Source: Lytechinus pictus (taxonomy: Eukaryota). Taken from it: a stretch of 64,000 nt of DNA. Made by a program: the position numbers and the translations under genes. The notes under the pieces were generated by a model that saw only the letters and a list, made by a program, of their open reading frames with translations, was not told the DNA's origin and made no database searches. Each line of letters opens with the position of its first letter. The first letter of the stretch is position 1. The stretch lies in assembly GCF_037042905.1 (NCBI RefSeq), contig NC_087251.1:26104001-26168000 (forward strand), in the 5' to 3' direction. Shown here piece after piece: positions 1 through 14,104 of the stretch.

Positions 1-412
1 ATGACCCGTTCCTGTTTAGCTAAAGGTTTCTTCAAATGATCACTGTTTACATATCCAGCTGACATTTCTTCAGTGTGCCATGTATCATTCAGACATTCTC
101 TTCCTGGGGGGAGTATATTCACACCTGCACAGTAAGGAAAAATAACCATCAATAACAAGAATTCATTCAGGCCCTGATAATTTCAGACATACATACCAAT
201 CTAAAACAGATCAAGGATGCACTATATCTTTGCCCCACCTCCCATTCGGTATTTAACAGATTTTGTAATTTGCTTTCACGTTGCAAATGTCTCCGCATCC
301 TTGGCTAATTCCCTGAGAAAGTTCTACTTGAAAAGGTACCTGTTTACCAAGTACTAACATATATTTCTCATGGAGATATTATAAGTCTTCACTTCCACTC
401 TTGGAAGTAATT

Positions 413-570
413 GGGGTCCATTTCAGTTACAACTATTTATAGTAACTTTACCGTTATGGAAACTACCTTGGTTTAATACAGGACTCAGCAGCCTGTCACA
501 ATCAAGATTTCCATGGTAGATTCAATAATGACCAAGTTACTGAAGTTGAAAGTTTTTATGAGACAGGGCC
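413..570. mobile_element. Degenerate copy of the Harbinger-like MITE at 2347-2502
   Basis: Shares gggtccatttca start, gtaacttt.cc.ttatgg, ctcagcagcc..tca, ccatggtag and ttatgagacagggcc end with the 2347 copy. Confidence 0.65.
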
Positions 571-1767
571 TTGGTTTTCCAATCATAGTACGTTTCTGAT
601 TTGGCAGGTGTGAATATGCCTCAAGTGTGTGTATTTTATCATTGTCCCACATTTCCACACTACCTTTCAAGAATATCTTAATATGCACAGACCTCATTGT
701 TATGCATTCTTGATAAGTTTCACAAACGTTCTATTTGTGAATATATATACCTGTACTGATCAAGTGCTCCTAGGGTAAACTGTTTCCTCATCAGGAATCT
801 GGAAATAAAAAAATATATTAGCAAAGGGAAAATAAATTGATTTTTGAAGAAAAAAATGTGGACACTCTCCAAAAATCATTACTTACATTACAGCAATTTA
901 TGTGAACACTATGTTCAACAGAATTTTAACAAATCTCGAGCAATCTTTAGCTCCATGAACGTTCATGTACATGTAAACAAATAAAATCATAATCATTCAA
1001 CTCTTCAATAGTGTTCTGTCATTCAGCCCTCTAAATCAACTTCACATTACACTGAATATGTGGGTAAACACTAGACAACAAGCTTGCCTAGATCATATTC
1101 ATTAGCAAAAACTTCTTAATAAATATTGATCCAGATCTATGCCACCTTCTTATTATAATAACCATCGGAGGTCATCCCTGTCCATTCTTCTTGCTTCCTG
1201 ATCCATCAAATTACACAGGTCCTCCAAGTGAATTAGTCCGACCAATTTCCTCAAATTAATGTTAGAGCACGCTACAATGCATCCATACCCATGCATGGGG
1301 ATGCAGTCAGCTCGAGATCCTAATTACTATAGAAGGTAGGATTGATTGCTGGGAGAATCGACCGCGGCCATTAGATCTCCATTGACAGAGACCTCTCTGT
1401 GCTAATTGACGTCAATTGTTTTCACCGCAATCAGATGGATAAGGATTCCATGTAGATCTGTGAGCAAATATGGAAGTATTTGTTTCTCGGCATAGTTATA
1501 AGGTTTTATAACTTGCATGCAGATTTGTTTGCAAAGCCCTCTCAGAGATCCCTTGAATTGCATTCCTCTATTCTCTATCTTAAAGAAGAAGCATCGGTGA
1601 TGGAAAGTCAGTCTGCATTCTCACTTCTAGAATAACCTCTGCATTTTAACACTATGTAACCCCCTTTTTCTATTGTCTGATTCAATTTTAGATGTAATGG
1701 TGCATAGGAGCAAAGGTTCATTTGCCATCAATATTTATGAAAAAGAAATTGTTTACAACTTAAGAGC

Positions 1768-1970
1768 GGTTCCATGACATTAGCTCCGGCCACAATTACT
1801 CCGCTCTAAATTTCACACACTAATCAAATGACCAACTTCAATCCTGGGTTTAACACTATTCCCTACCCTAACCCTAAACCTGATGTAAAACCCTATTTGA
1901 AACCCAAACCCTACATCTTAGACGAAATAAAGCCTGAAGCAATTGTTGCAGGAACAAATGTTGTGTCACC
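1768..1970. mobile_element. MITE with imperfect ~35-bp TIRs and ccctaa-rich core
   Basis: Left end ggttccatgacattagctccggccacaattactcc; reverse complement of right end ggtgacacaacatttgttcctgcaacaattgcttc. Confidence 0.7.
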
Positions 1971-2346
1971 TACAGAACACTCCGGGACCAAATATCATTG
2001 AATCCTAAAAGGAGGTGAAATTGGAAGAGCAAGTGTCATGTTATGTGGCAACCAAATCAACTTGTTATGAAAATACATTTTAGTGAGGTATTAACTCATT
2101 ATTATGCCTTCCATTCTGTCTTATTATGCATTGCTGATTACTCATATTCCCTTCCTTGCACTTATTCAGACAAGAAAATGATTCAATATGCAGCCTTTTT
2201 TACAATAAACACGTAATTCCTTTTTACAAAAGAGTCTGGATGAGCCATGATATATAAGTTTCACTGTAGACTGTAGTCCTGCACGGCGTGCAATGTCCCG
2301 TAACGCCAATGTGTGTGCACCAGGACGAAAAAACCATCCAGACCTG

Positions 2347-2502
2347 GGGCCCCGTTTCATCAAGAGTTACAACCGTTGTAACTTTGCCATTATGGCAAAT
2401 ACCATGGCAACAGGGCTCAGCAGCCAATCAAACTCAAGGTTACTATGGTAGTTGCCATGACCGCAAAGTTACAACAGTTGTAACTCTTTATGAAATGGGC
2501 CC
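2347..2502. mobile_element. PIF/Harbinger-like MITE, CTG TSD
   Basis: TIRs gggccccgtttcatcaagagttacaaccgttgtaactttgc / gcaaagttacaacagttgtaactctttatgaaatgggccc, with CTG on both flanks (2344-2346, 2503-2505). Confidence 0.85.
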
Positions 2503-4482
2503 CTGGTGAATTCCAAATGGTGTTTGTGAGCAAGGCAGAAGAAGAAGTAGTTGGGCATTCATGAATGCGGTATGGGGGCATTAATTCAGGAGCAAAGATT
2601 CATGAATCCAATTCCCTTGCATAATGTAATGAACATTCCACAATGTGCTGCTCCAGTTTGTAGTTTAAAACTCCAGCCATGTTGCAATGAGAACATGATT
2701 TCGGATTTATTGGGGGGAGGAGACCATTCAAAGAGGATACACTATTTTTCCTATTAATATTTTCTTATTAAAATTGATTTCAGGCATCCGGAATTTGTTT
2801 ATTTATTTACAAAGCCACCACCTACCTCTCTTATAAAATTAGCCATTCAAACTGGATCAGAGTTACAGGACTTCTCACAGAATGTTTTAAAACATATAGG
2901 TAAACCCCCAAATCACATCCAAATATAGTCAAGCATCTTACCTACCATTTTCACTACAATATCCACTCCTGTCTGTCTGAGGCACATACCTTTGGAAAAC
3001 AACATTGTAAAACGAAGCTCCAGAGTTCCATAATTATGCATAATGAGGTAAATTAGTTAGTGGAAGTGACAATATTATTATATTACTGCCACCAAATTAG
3101 ATCCGAGGAAGCTCCTGTTTACTCCAGTAGAGAGGGAATTTCTAGAGGGAGGTTAGAGTAATCAAGCTATTTGAGAGATGAGTATGTCACACAGTATCTC
3201 CTCATAATGTACATCCTGGTTTGCCGAGACTCCAAAATAACAAGGACAAATTGTGAACATTTTTTTCCTTGGCCACTTTGTTTTTCTTGTTGATTAACCC
3301 TTAAAGGTAGAGATTCCATTTCAGTCCCTGAAACCCTCCGATCCTTGCCATATTGTGAAGGCAGATGATATACATGTACCTATAGTACAATTGTAAAAAG
3401 GAGAAAGCTTTTACTAAAGTAATAAAACTGTATTATTGATTGAATGATGTCAAATAATCCATCTTGTAAAGGTACATCCTTGAATAACAATGGCGTTAAA
3501 CTTCACTGGATGGTGTTTCGAGAGAACTGCACCAAGCAGTTTACTCTACTGGTCAGTAGACAGATGGCATTAGTTCAATACATCCATTGTTGTTATTTTT
3601 AACACTTTCTGTTTGATTTATCAACACTGTTTGGTGTTGTATTCAAACACCATGACCAGTGTATTGTAACTCCTGACACTGCCATGTGCTCACAACACTG
3701 ACTTTGTTTCTTTCAATTCTATAGTTTTTACAGTGTACATGTGTGAGATCATTCCACTAATCATATCCAGCAATTAAAATTTTTAATTATTCATGATCTG
3801 AATGGTTACCTGTAAGTTCCTTCATGTACGTTGTTGAAACCGAAATCAACCCCAAACATTTGCCACTTGAGAGAATCCTCTGCTTTTATACTATTTTGTT
3901 GGGCAAAGGGATGTTTGATTAGTTATTTATGCAAATTCACAACTCGGATTTAGGTCTTGGCCAATGGACTAGTATTACAAAGCTAATTTTTGCCTTTCAT
4001 TTATTTTGATAATGAAAAAAAAATCTCAGAATCTCCAATATTCTCTGTCTTTGAGCTGATGAGCTAAAACAGAAAGATGTAAAAAAAAATCATTTGTGAG
4101 GAATAACCAAAACTGGAACTGGCATTTAAATTTGATATCAGTGGGCGCGTTTTCATGAAAGTGACTCTGCGTAGGCAGATAATTAAGATTGAAATGTCAT
4201 TTTTGTATCTGTTTTACTCTTCCATCTGATCTGCAAGAAATCCTGAATGTCTGCATTGTAAGGTTGAAGTAAATGTCACACTTCATCATCTTCAAACAAT
4301 TTCAGTTTCATACAAAAATGAGGTTTTCGAAATCCCATTACAAGAGGCCATGTTCCTTTAATTAGCCCATTTGGGTGTTTGATTTTGTCATCTGGTTAGA
4401 ATTTTATGCATTTATTTACCTGGAAGCTATCTTTCCAACATACATGTAACCCCACTCACCCATATGTCTGTTTTTGGAATAA

Positions 4483-4636
4483 CTTCCTGCCGTTACCCAT
4501 TTTCCTCACCTGGGTCGAGTGCAGCACACAATGGATGAATTCCTTGCTGAAGGAAACTACGCCATGCCTGGGATTTGAACCCACGACCCTTTGTTTCAAA
4601 GTCCGGAGACTAATCCACTGGGCCACGACGCTCCAC
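4483..4636 (-). mobile_element. tRNA-derived SINE, 5' part
   Basis: Minus strand has A-box TGGCCCAGTGG and B-box GGTTCAAATCC, followed by core tgtgctgcactcgacccaggtgagg..aatgggta shared with copies at 48947 and 49465. Confidence 0.85.
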
Positions 4637-4963
4637 GTTCAAGCTATTTTACTTAAATTAGTCTCTGATAATGAATGTTAACATCCTCTCACCGCTGCAT
4701 ATGATTTGTGAATTGTCTGATTGTTTAGTTAATTGCTATTCGCCCAGTGGAGATGTAAGAAGGAGGGAAGGGGACAGAAGGTGACTACCTTTTCTCAATG
4801 ATTTTTTTAGTGATGAAAAAAGGGGACTTAGAAGGGGGTAAAGACAGATAGTTTACGTGGGTAACTATGCAAAAAACCCTTATTTTGAAGCACAGGAAAA
4901 CTTGTAGATAAAAATCTATGAAAATGGAAGTCATTATCTATATAAAAGGTGACAGATACTTAA

Positions 4964-5552
4964 AGGTGAAGTCCACCCCAGGAAAATGCTGACTTGAATA
5001 AATAGAGAAAAATCAAACTAGTATAGTGCTGAAAATTTCATCAAAATCGGATGTAAATATGAAAGTTATGGCATTTTAAAGTTTCGCTTATTTTCACAAG
5101 ACAGTGATATGCACAACTAGGTGAGTCAGTTGATGATGTCCATCACTCACTATTTCTTTTGTTTTTTATTGTTTGAAATATACAATATTTTATTTTTTAT
5201 CTATGTGACAATAAGGACCAACTTGACTGAACCATATAGTATTAAACAATGCTTATTCTACATGTTTGGGGAGGAATCAATCATTGTATCACTTGACAAT
5301 GAGGAGAAAATTAGAATATTTCATATTTCATATAATAAAATACAAAAGAAATAGTGAGTGGATGACGTCATAGTCTCCTCATTTGCATACCAGCCAGGAT
5401 GTGCATATAACTGTTTCGTGAAATTAAGCGAAACTTTAAAATGTCATAACTTTCTTACTTTACATCCGATTTTGATGAAATTTTCAGTGTTATACTTGTT
5501 GGATTTTTCTCTTTTTAGACAAATTAACTTTTTGTTGGGGTGGACTTGTCCT
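4964..5552. mobile_element. Kolobok-like non-autonomous DNA transposon (TTAA TSD)
   Basis: TTAA|AGGTGAAGTCCACCCCA ... TGGGGTGGACTTGTCCT|TTAA, with long subterminal inverted repeats (ctgaaaatttcatcaaaatcggatgtaaa / tttacatccgattttgatgaaattttcag). Confidence 0.88.
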
Positions 5553-7795
5553 TTAAGATTCATCACACACCATACCTGTTTGCACCCAATGAGCAGACCA
5601 TGTTGGTGGCCAAGCATATAGACCAAACCTGGAAATGGTATGGTAGTACCCTTTTTCTCAAATTGTAGATATCTTGAATAAAAAATTGACCACTCAACTT
5701 TTAAGCTCTGGCCATTCATTATGTCTGACAAAGAATATCAAGTATTATTGAATTAGCAGCTCAATCTGTTTTATTTATGAATCCTGGTAATTATCTTGAG
5801 AACAAGAATACATCCTTTTGGCTCATTTGATCTGCTTATCAAAATGGAAGTTGGAAAGGATTTGTAATTCTATAGATTTAAAAAGGATACATTGAAATAT
5901 TAGTGGTTGCTTATTAAATTTGTTAGTATAGATATAAGAAAAAAATTCATAAATAACAGGTTCATATCTTATGCTGATAATGCAAACTTTTAAAAATAGT
6001 ACAAAGTATACATATAACCGGAAGCCTGATCCCATTCTTACCTTGGATATAATTTTATTTGATAAAGCGTCATATTTGAGTCTTTCTCATCTTGCACACT
6101 CATATTTATGGCTCTGCAGAGGGGGGGGGGGTGTTCAATTGTCATTGTAGATCAAAGGTGACTGTTCCCTGTTGTGCTAATTAAACAATACAAAAGAGAA
6201 TTCTCCAGAAATCATGAGTGGAATATGAATATAAATATCATATAAAAGGGACTAAGGGGGCAGGAAGGGCAATTTTTCCAAAATAGTTTCCGAAAGCTGC
6301 ACAAGGACCCTCATATATTGAAACTAGGTTCAAAATAGAGTCTAAATCTGACATATTCCTTTTCAGAAAATAATGATTTCCCCATCTCACATGTATTTCA
6401 TAATCATCAGCAGCTGTAAAATTCAGAATAATTCAGTCATTAAGATTTCTAAGACTTCCCAATGTCCACACGGCAGTGAACACCTTTGTTGTAAATAGCT
6501 TGACATTCTCATTAGTCTCCGATATTGAATTACGGTGAGCTCCTGGCCAGAGGCAAGGGGAGGCCTCACTCCCTGAAGCTGTGTAATTTACCTATGGGTC
6601 AATATCGTCCATGTCCCCCTTCCCTCTCCATGACTCGCCATGAATATGAAGGTATCACATTGATTTTCTCTCACATAGCCCGCAGTCCGAGCTATCCAAT
6701 TGGGAGCTTCATAATAAATAAAGCTGCGATCCCGACTGACCTGCAGGGGTCGAGGCTGTTTACATGTACAGTGGTAGTGGACTGGGGAGCAGGGTTGGGG
6801 GAATGCTACGATTCCACATCAATGCACATTTCACGCCCTTTCTTCGTGTAATCATGCGCTGCATTGCAGAATTACATTTACATCAATCTTTGAGCTGACA
6901 TGTACCCTAGAAGTTGTGATAGCCTGTTAAGTAGAGAGATCTTGGTTTTCTGATCAAACAAAAGTGTATGAAAAATAAGAATTAAACTTGTCATTGAAAA
7001 TAGTCTGTTGGAAAGAGAGAGGAGAGGGATGGGGACAGAGATATTAAGTGAAACTGGAAAAAATGTTAAATTTTAACTCTTTAAAACATCAAGTTTAAAC
7101 TAAATGACAATAGCACAAAAAGAAATAAATCCTAAATGTAAATAATAGATGAAACACATTTTGTTTATTGATGGGATACCAAATTTATTACTTCTAACTT
7201 ATCCTTAAGAATGTGTTTTTTAATATAATTTGTAGCAAATAGCAATTATATGTTATTTAAAAATCCAAATAGTCTGAACAATTTTAATTCCCATCATCTG
7301 CTACAATAATTCCTGAATTTCACCTACCTGACTCAGTATTTATATTCCATCAAGCCCTGCATGTATAATTTAGTGATACTCCCCAATTATTCACATTTGT
7401 GTGGACACGTATACTCCTCCTACGCATTAGAAGAGATGGGTAGAAATAATATTACCATGCCGGTACATGTGTACTTAATACCATCATGTTAGTAATCACC
7501 TTTCACGATGTTGATTGGAGTTGATAAAGCGTCAACAGAGAAGCAAGGAAATGGCCTCCAGCTTCACTTGCTTTAACAAGGCCCTTGAAGCACAAACTTA
7601 GCGATTGATTGTTGGGCTGATAATTACAAGTGATTGTATGGACCATTATGTGCAATCTTTGAACTCAACTGTCCTTGTTTGATTAATTTCTAAGCTTTGT
7701 GTTACAGTGTGTCATGTTGACCACTTTATAATTAAAAAACTTAAAACTAAACTTAAACTAATTACCATCTTCATCTTCTCCCTCTTATTCTCCTA

Positions 7796-7924
7796 GGCCC
7801 CATCTTACAAAGAGTTGCTAGATTCAAATCAACCTCATATTGCAATATTGAGAAATTCTATCTCTTAAAATTGCAATTGAAGCTTGATTTGAATTCTATC
7901 GCAACTCTTTGTGAGAATGGGGCC
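7796..7924. mobile_element. Harbinger-like MITE
   Basis: TIRs ggccccatcttacaaagagttgc / gcaactctttgtgagaatggggcc; flanks CTA/CTG. Confidence 0.75.
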
Positions 7925-8104
7925 CTGCTATAATAGAGCTGAGGCAGGGGGCTGTCATGTTAGTATACAAGGTGGGAAACCTCTACTCTAATAATACCAA
8001 AGAATCTGCATCCCAGCCTGTTGGGAACTTGTGTGATCTCATAAGTCAACCCTATCCCTACCCCTTGCCTGTCATAGCTTTTTGAAATGTTTTAACTTGT
8101 TCTG

Positions 8105-8257
8105 GGCTCTGTAGCACAAAGATTAGCAAATTATTGCTAATTTGAAAGATAATTCTGATTGTTTCCAGTCAGTCTACTGAGCAAAATTTGCATGTAACGA
8201 TGATCTTGATTGGCCATTTCATTTAACGATTAATCGCTAACCTCTGTGTTGCAGGCC
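8105..8257. mobile_element. Harbinger-like MITE, CTG TSD
   Basis: CTG|ggctctgtagcacaaagattagc ... gctaacctctgtgttgcaggcc|CTG. A related degenerate copy lies near 7580-7707. Confidence 0.65.
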
Positions 8258-11200
8258 CTGGTAGATACCTATAATTTAGTACCCCTTTTAGGGGGAATTC
8301 ACCCCCTTTTGAAAAATTGGGGATGCACTGATGATTGAGTAGAACCAGCCTGAGTGCTTGACACTAACTCATATCCATTTATTTTCTGCTTTTTTTTTAC
8401 CTTGTAAATGTGATTATTTGTGATTTTTTCAATCTCATTGAATAACTGTAAATATTGTAATTTGATCTGATTCTCAATAAAAACAGAAATACAAAAAAAA
8501 CTCATATCCGTTAGACAAAATATAAACATCAATTTGGCTGCAGGAAGAGGATGTACTATCTATATTAAGATCTTGGTATACTGCACCATTTTTCTAATAC
8601 AGTTTTGCAATTGTGCTTGCCTCATTTCCGTAATGTTGCAGGAACTTGGCCTCTCTACAAAACAGTGAATCAATCCTGGGTGCCCCTTGATAACAACACA
8701 AAAACAGGTTGTTATTTAAATGTAATTTGACATTATGAACAATTTTCATTGATGTTTTGATTCATATACATGTAGGACTATTTTTTTTCTTTCTCCAATC
8801 ATAAATATCCTTTCATCCAACATACCTGAATTTACTACTTTTATCTCTTTACTTTTCTTGAACATCCACTACAAATGAATTTTATACCACATTTCAATAC
8901 ACTTCTCTCTTTTCTGCTGCAGCAAAGCTCATATTCAAGGTTCCCCATTCCTCCCGGCCTTAACATGAATAACAAGCATTTAATATAATGGAAACATTGC
9001 GGCAATGTTTCTTTTCAAGGTCTGCTTATTGAAGCCAGAATGTGGTATTTTCTAAAATTGCAACATTCATGTGATTTATAAAAGACTTGTTACATTGTAT
9101 GAGATTTAGGTGAATACACAAAACTATCAAGCTTTCTGTAGCTTCTTAGGGTAAGGCATATCAAAATGCTTTGCTACCGTCTGTCTTAATCAGGAAGTAC
9201 TTCACACGTTTCCTTCAGAATACAAATAATCTGTTGCTGTAGAACTCTGGAAGTTACTCTATCCCCACCCATAGGCATTATTGTTGGGTGTATATAATTT
9301 GTCAGACTTTTTGAATAGCGTACACTCTAAAAACTCAAAGGGTGGAGAGAGTGGAACAGGCTGGAAAAGGGCTAAGTGAAATCATTTTCCACCCTTTTAA
9401 AATCTGCTATTACTTTTCAGCCACTTGAAGGGGTGTTTTACCATGTTAAGAATGAAGAGACATCATAATGTGATACACACTGATTAATTATTGATGGAAT
9501 TATGAATGAGAAAAGCTACATTAATTCAAGTTAAAATGCAAGTTATAGACTTGACGGCCTTCGAAAGGTCACATCTAATTGGACCTTAACCGGTTTTCTT
9601 TTTGAGCTGGTTGGTTTCTGAACAAACCTTTGGCAATTACACAAGTTTGTAAGGGTCAATGGGTAAATGTCCATTGTGAAATGATATTATAGAAGGAGAA
9701 TATGTGTTACAAAATACATTAAAAACCTTTGCATTTCAAAGTTGTTTTTCCTTTGCATTTCAACGTTGTTTTTCCTTCAATTTCTGGAAATTCTTTTTGG
9801 AAAATACCTCCATGTGATTCATATCACACTGTTCAAGGGATTCACTTGAAATTCAAATTTGCTTTCTAATACCACCACAAGAATCATGCCTGTCGCACTT
9901 CTTTGAAAACTTTTTCAGTCATAACTCAAACTTGGATATATCCTCTTCAATCAGAATAAATAATATATGGCTGCTCCTTAAATTTTTAGTTTGTGCCATA
10001 AAATTGATTGATGCAGTAGTAGGTTTTCTCATAACTAGAACATGCCAGTGGTTGCAAATAAATTTTGGGTGTTCATGATACAGATTACTATGACGTCAGT
10101 AGTTTCTTGTCGTCATGTCATTTCATGGCAGGTAGTGAGTTTTTAGCGTCGTCCACCAAAGTTTCTTGACGGAGGCATTATGTCTGCATTATAAATTATG
10201 TTCTCCATCATTTCTACCTCTGTTCTTGCAATAACTAAGAAGAATTTTTGATGGATCAGTTTAAAATTTAGTGTCTTTACTAGCCGTCATAAGCAATGTG
10301 AGTGATAGAGGAATGATATTTTTATTCAATGGCTTAATAGGTAAACAGATTTAAAAAATTTAATGCAGTAGTTCAAATGATTTTATTCATGGGGACAATT
10401 TCTTTTGAAACATTTGTCAATGGAAAGTACTTTCAGAAACAAATTTTCAATAATCTACAATTACTTGGGGTGGCAGAGTGCTCCTTTCTATAAAGCTTTA
10501 CAGATTTTCTTTATCATAAAAGTATTTATTCTTTAAGACACTTAAATGTTGTTCTAAATGCTATTTAACATTCTTTGCAGGATTTCCAGTGCTACATGTG
10601 ACAAACATTCTTTGAAGAAATTCCACCATTATTGGATAAAAAACAGTGTAGCTGCATCCAATTCTACTCTGTTATTAAATAAGATCTGCACTTTACATGT
10701 TTTCATGAAATATACCTCAAATTTTTTTAGATTACATGCAAGAGAGATATTTTTGAAACTCTATTGTTCATGTTATCAAATTAGCATACATGCACGGTAG
10801 TCAACCAAGCTGAAGTAATCAAATAATGTGGGCAGAGTTAGATCAAGCAAAAACTATGCAATGAATACAAAGTTAGATTAATAAACAAAATGTCAGCCCA
10901 AATTTGAGGGTCTGTGTCATGGTTTTTAACAATATTTTTATTCTCTACGCATTTTAGTTCATCCAGGAATTAATTTTTTTTCTATTTACCAAAGAAAGAA
11001 AATAGGCACAGCAAGTGAATTGGAACACACAATTAATTTAATTAGATATTCAAATAGACCTGTATCAATTGAATAATTTGATAAGAAATTACATTGTCCC
11101 AATTTCTGTATCAATATAAAATCTGTTTTTGTTTTAGTCATGGTGATTTTTTTAATATCTACTTCAGAGCTCCCTTCATTTCTGAGCATAAATCTATATG

Positions 11201-12429
11201 TAAAATATATATATATACATTTAATTAAAAAAAAACAACCATGATCATCTATAAAAGAAATGGGTCAATAAATGTTAACTATTGAAAGATTTAACAAAGA
11301 TAGTAGTTGTCAATATCTAAAATGAGAGAAGATTGAATGTTCATTTACTGCTATTTTCTTATATAAATAGCCTCTTATTAATTGATTTTTGGAATACAAT
11401 TCTTAAGTTTTCTTTCAATTAAAAGTGTATGTACCTGAATACCACAAAAATCATTTAAAATCTGCCAAAATAACAAATATTTTTGTTATCCAAGTACTTT
11501 AGGAGGTTATATTGTTACAACAAAACAGTTTCAGACAGTACCTGTTATTATTGGTGTAGAATAGTTATTAGTAGATAAGAAACGTGGAGTTTGAAGCTTT
11601 ATGGCTGGCTACTGGGACCCGAGTCTAAGTGCTCCAAGAGACATGAGAGCTCTGCGGGGCCTGAGGAAGTAAACAGGAGTGAAATGAGAAGCGTGAACTG
11701 TAAAACAAACACTCTTCGTGGCTGATCTTATTTCTATAGCTGACCTAGATGGGGAAGCCCTCGATTGGGAACTAAAGTTTGTAAGCTCCATCCTCAATGT
11801 GCAGTGTCCATGGGGGAACTACTATGCTACCACCCTTTTAATCTGAAATTGATTTTTGCAGCAATGGGACCATGCATATTTGCAGGATTTGAGAAATTAC
11901 TGCGTAAATCTTAATTTCTTGTTTCTTTCCATATCAATATCATAATTCAAAATGAATCCCTGATTTCCATAGGGGGAGTGTTGAAAAGGTCAAAGTATGA
12001 AAAGAAAACCCATTCATCTTAAATTTTGTAGTGTCATTACAATTGACCTTTCAGAAACCTCACATTCTGCAGTGTTATTAATATTGACGATTTCATTGAG
12101 TGATCAAGAAACTTCATAGCTTCCCTCCAGGTAAATCCCTTTTAATCACTGTCAGATATCGCTTTTCCATTATTTTAATCTAAAATGTGAATCACAATGC
12201 TTCAAGCATATCTAATTCAATTTCTTAACTGAAGGGAATTTGTAGGTAGATGGAAAACATGTACATGTCATGAAGAGTCATACAATTCAGATTTTTAATG
12301 GATGATGACTGCTGCTTTTGATGAAATATGTTCACTATATACCTGTTTGACCGGGTGGGTGTTTTATAAAGTTTTCTGTAAAGTTATGCACGACTGGAAC
12401 ATGTTCTTAGGTCCTAAATCAGTCACATA

Positions 12430-13289
12430 CACACTAAGAAATTCGGTTTCAATTTTACACCCCTAGGGGTGCACAGGCTGGTCCCTATATGATTACCCAA
12501 TAATATAATAATAATATAGTAATAATATCCAAGTCCTTTGGAAGCGCATAGAGACATTATTCATAATTGTGATATGCGCTATACAAGAACTGTTTATTAT
12601 TATTATTACCCCTAGCGGTGCACACGGACACCCCGAATAGGGGTGTACAGTGTGCACCCCTATTTGGGGTGTCCATCTGCACCTTAGAGGGTGTACATGG
12701 CTACCCCTTAGGGTGCATAATGTACCCCCACCTAAAATAACAAAAGATCGTTGAGACTTCCGGTCTTTTTACTTTCTGTAATGTTTCTTTTTAGTTACCT
12801 TAGTTGGGACTCGCACTTACCTCATTGTAACTGTAGTCAAGATTCTTCCCGCTATGCCAGCGGGAAGCGTTGAGACCAAACTGGTTTTCTAGCGATATGT
12901 GCCGATACAGTTGTTGACGTTTGAAGATGGTTGTGATTCAAGTAGCTCTATTTACTGTCTCTCAAACAGTATACGTAATCAAATGTGTATGTGAAGCAAT
13001 TATCATCACATAAATATTAAAATTTATTTCACTTCGGTAAAGTGTGGCGTTAGTGTATTGTTATTTCGGGTAGTCTTTGATCACAAATCAACTTATCTAT
13101 ACCATACGCCTCTCAGTGAGACTGGTGGGTGTACGCAAAGAGTACATGGGTGTTCAACAGACACAGACTCTCACATAAGAACTAACTTGCGGACCAGGCA
13201 CACTAGCGAGAGCCTGCGAGCACCTCGATGGTATTACGAGGTGTACGCACGAATCGCACACTCCATTTGCACCGGGATTTCTTAGTGTG
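12430..13289. mobile_element. EnSpm/CACTA(CMC)-like non-autonomous element, TA TSD
   Basis: TA|CACACTAAGAAAT ... ATTTCTTAGTGTG|TA, with multiple subterminal acccctaggggtgcac-type palindromic repeats. Confidence 0.78.
12499..12611 (+). mobile_element. 5'-truncated LINE/SINE 3' end inserted in the EnSpm-like element
   Basis: Ends gcgctatacaagaactgttt(att)n, typical of L2/CR1-mobilised tails, and is flanked by duplicated attaccc. Confidence 0.6.
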
Positions 13290-13982
13290 TAGGGATGTAT
13301 TACTTGGCACTAGAAAGGGTCACCAGTTGTGCATTAAGTCATTCTTATCTTACGAACAGCTTTATGAAACACCCACCAGGGGCTGTAATAAAAAGAGATA
13401 CTCTTAGTATCTACAATATAGGGTAACTTTTTATGCACAATTTGCCATTGAATTACAGTTACGCTTTATTGAATGGTATCATTGATATAACAGGGCACAA
13501 GTATGCAGATCTTGTATTTTCATTCCTAATGCATGTCTTGTCAACTGTATTTTGAGCGTGAATGAGTATCCATCATTATCATCTATATAGAGTGTTCTAG
13601 TGATGCATTAAAAACGCGTATTTTAGTTTACATCAATTGCCCATGCAGTATCAGAGCATATCCCTAAAAAGGACCGAAATCTGACGAATATCCCATTGGC
13701 TCCTGTACAAAATTTGCTATTCAATATGAGAGCTTATTCAATAGTTTAGGGCACCTGCGCAAATGCATGAAATATACAACGCGTACAACAATGAAAGCAA
13801 TGCGATGCGCAGCTTAGAGCACAACTACGCTCGATGACGTCATAATGAACTACATGCAAGTCGTCAACGACCAAAATTGATCCTATGAAGTGATAATGGC
13901 ATAATGTGATAAGTGATATGACTTGTTAAATCAAATTTCTCCCTCTTTTTTTTGGGGGGGGGGGGGGGTGGGATAGATGATA

Positions 13983-14104
13983 ATTATATTGGATGGCGTT
14001 ATTTCATGAAATACCAGAAATATTCCACTCGTTAGGGCCAATATTCCACTCATTTGCGATTCATGGAATATTTCTTGTATTCCATTCTGAGCCATCCAAT
14101 ATAA
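13983..14104. repeat. Short inverted-repeat element
   Basis: attatattggatggc ... gccatccaatataat termini; internal aatattccactc present twice. Confidence 0.6.

Larger units (their letters stand above)
12354..13377. mobile_element. Harbinger-like MITE split by a nested insertion
   Basis: TIRs ggtgggtgttttataaag / ctttatgaaacacccacc; the two arms flank the 12430-13289 element. Confidence 0.75.

Noticed and set aside
1860..1915. Telomere-like ccctaa repeats
   Set aside because: Only a few degenerate units, inside a TIR-bounded MITE.
4560..4636. Possible tRNA gene (A and B boxes)
   Set aside because: It runs into a SINE core shared with two other copies and lacks a convincing acceptor stem; it is a SINE head.
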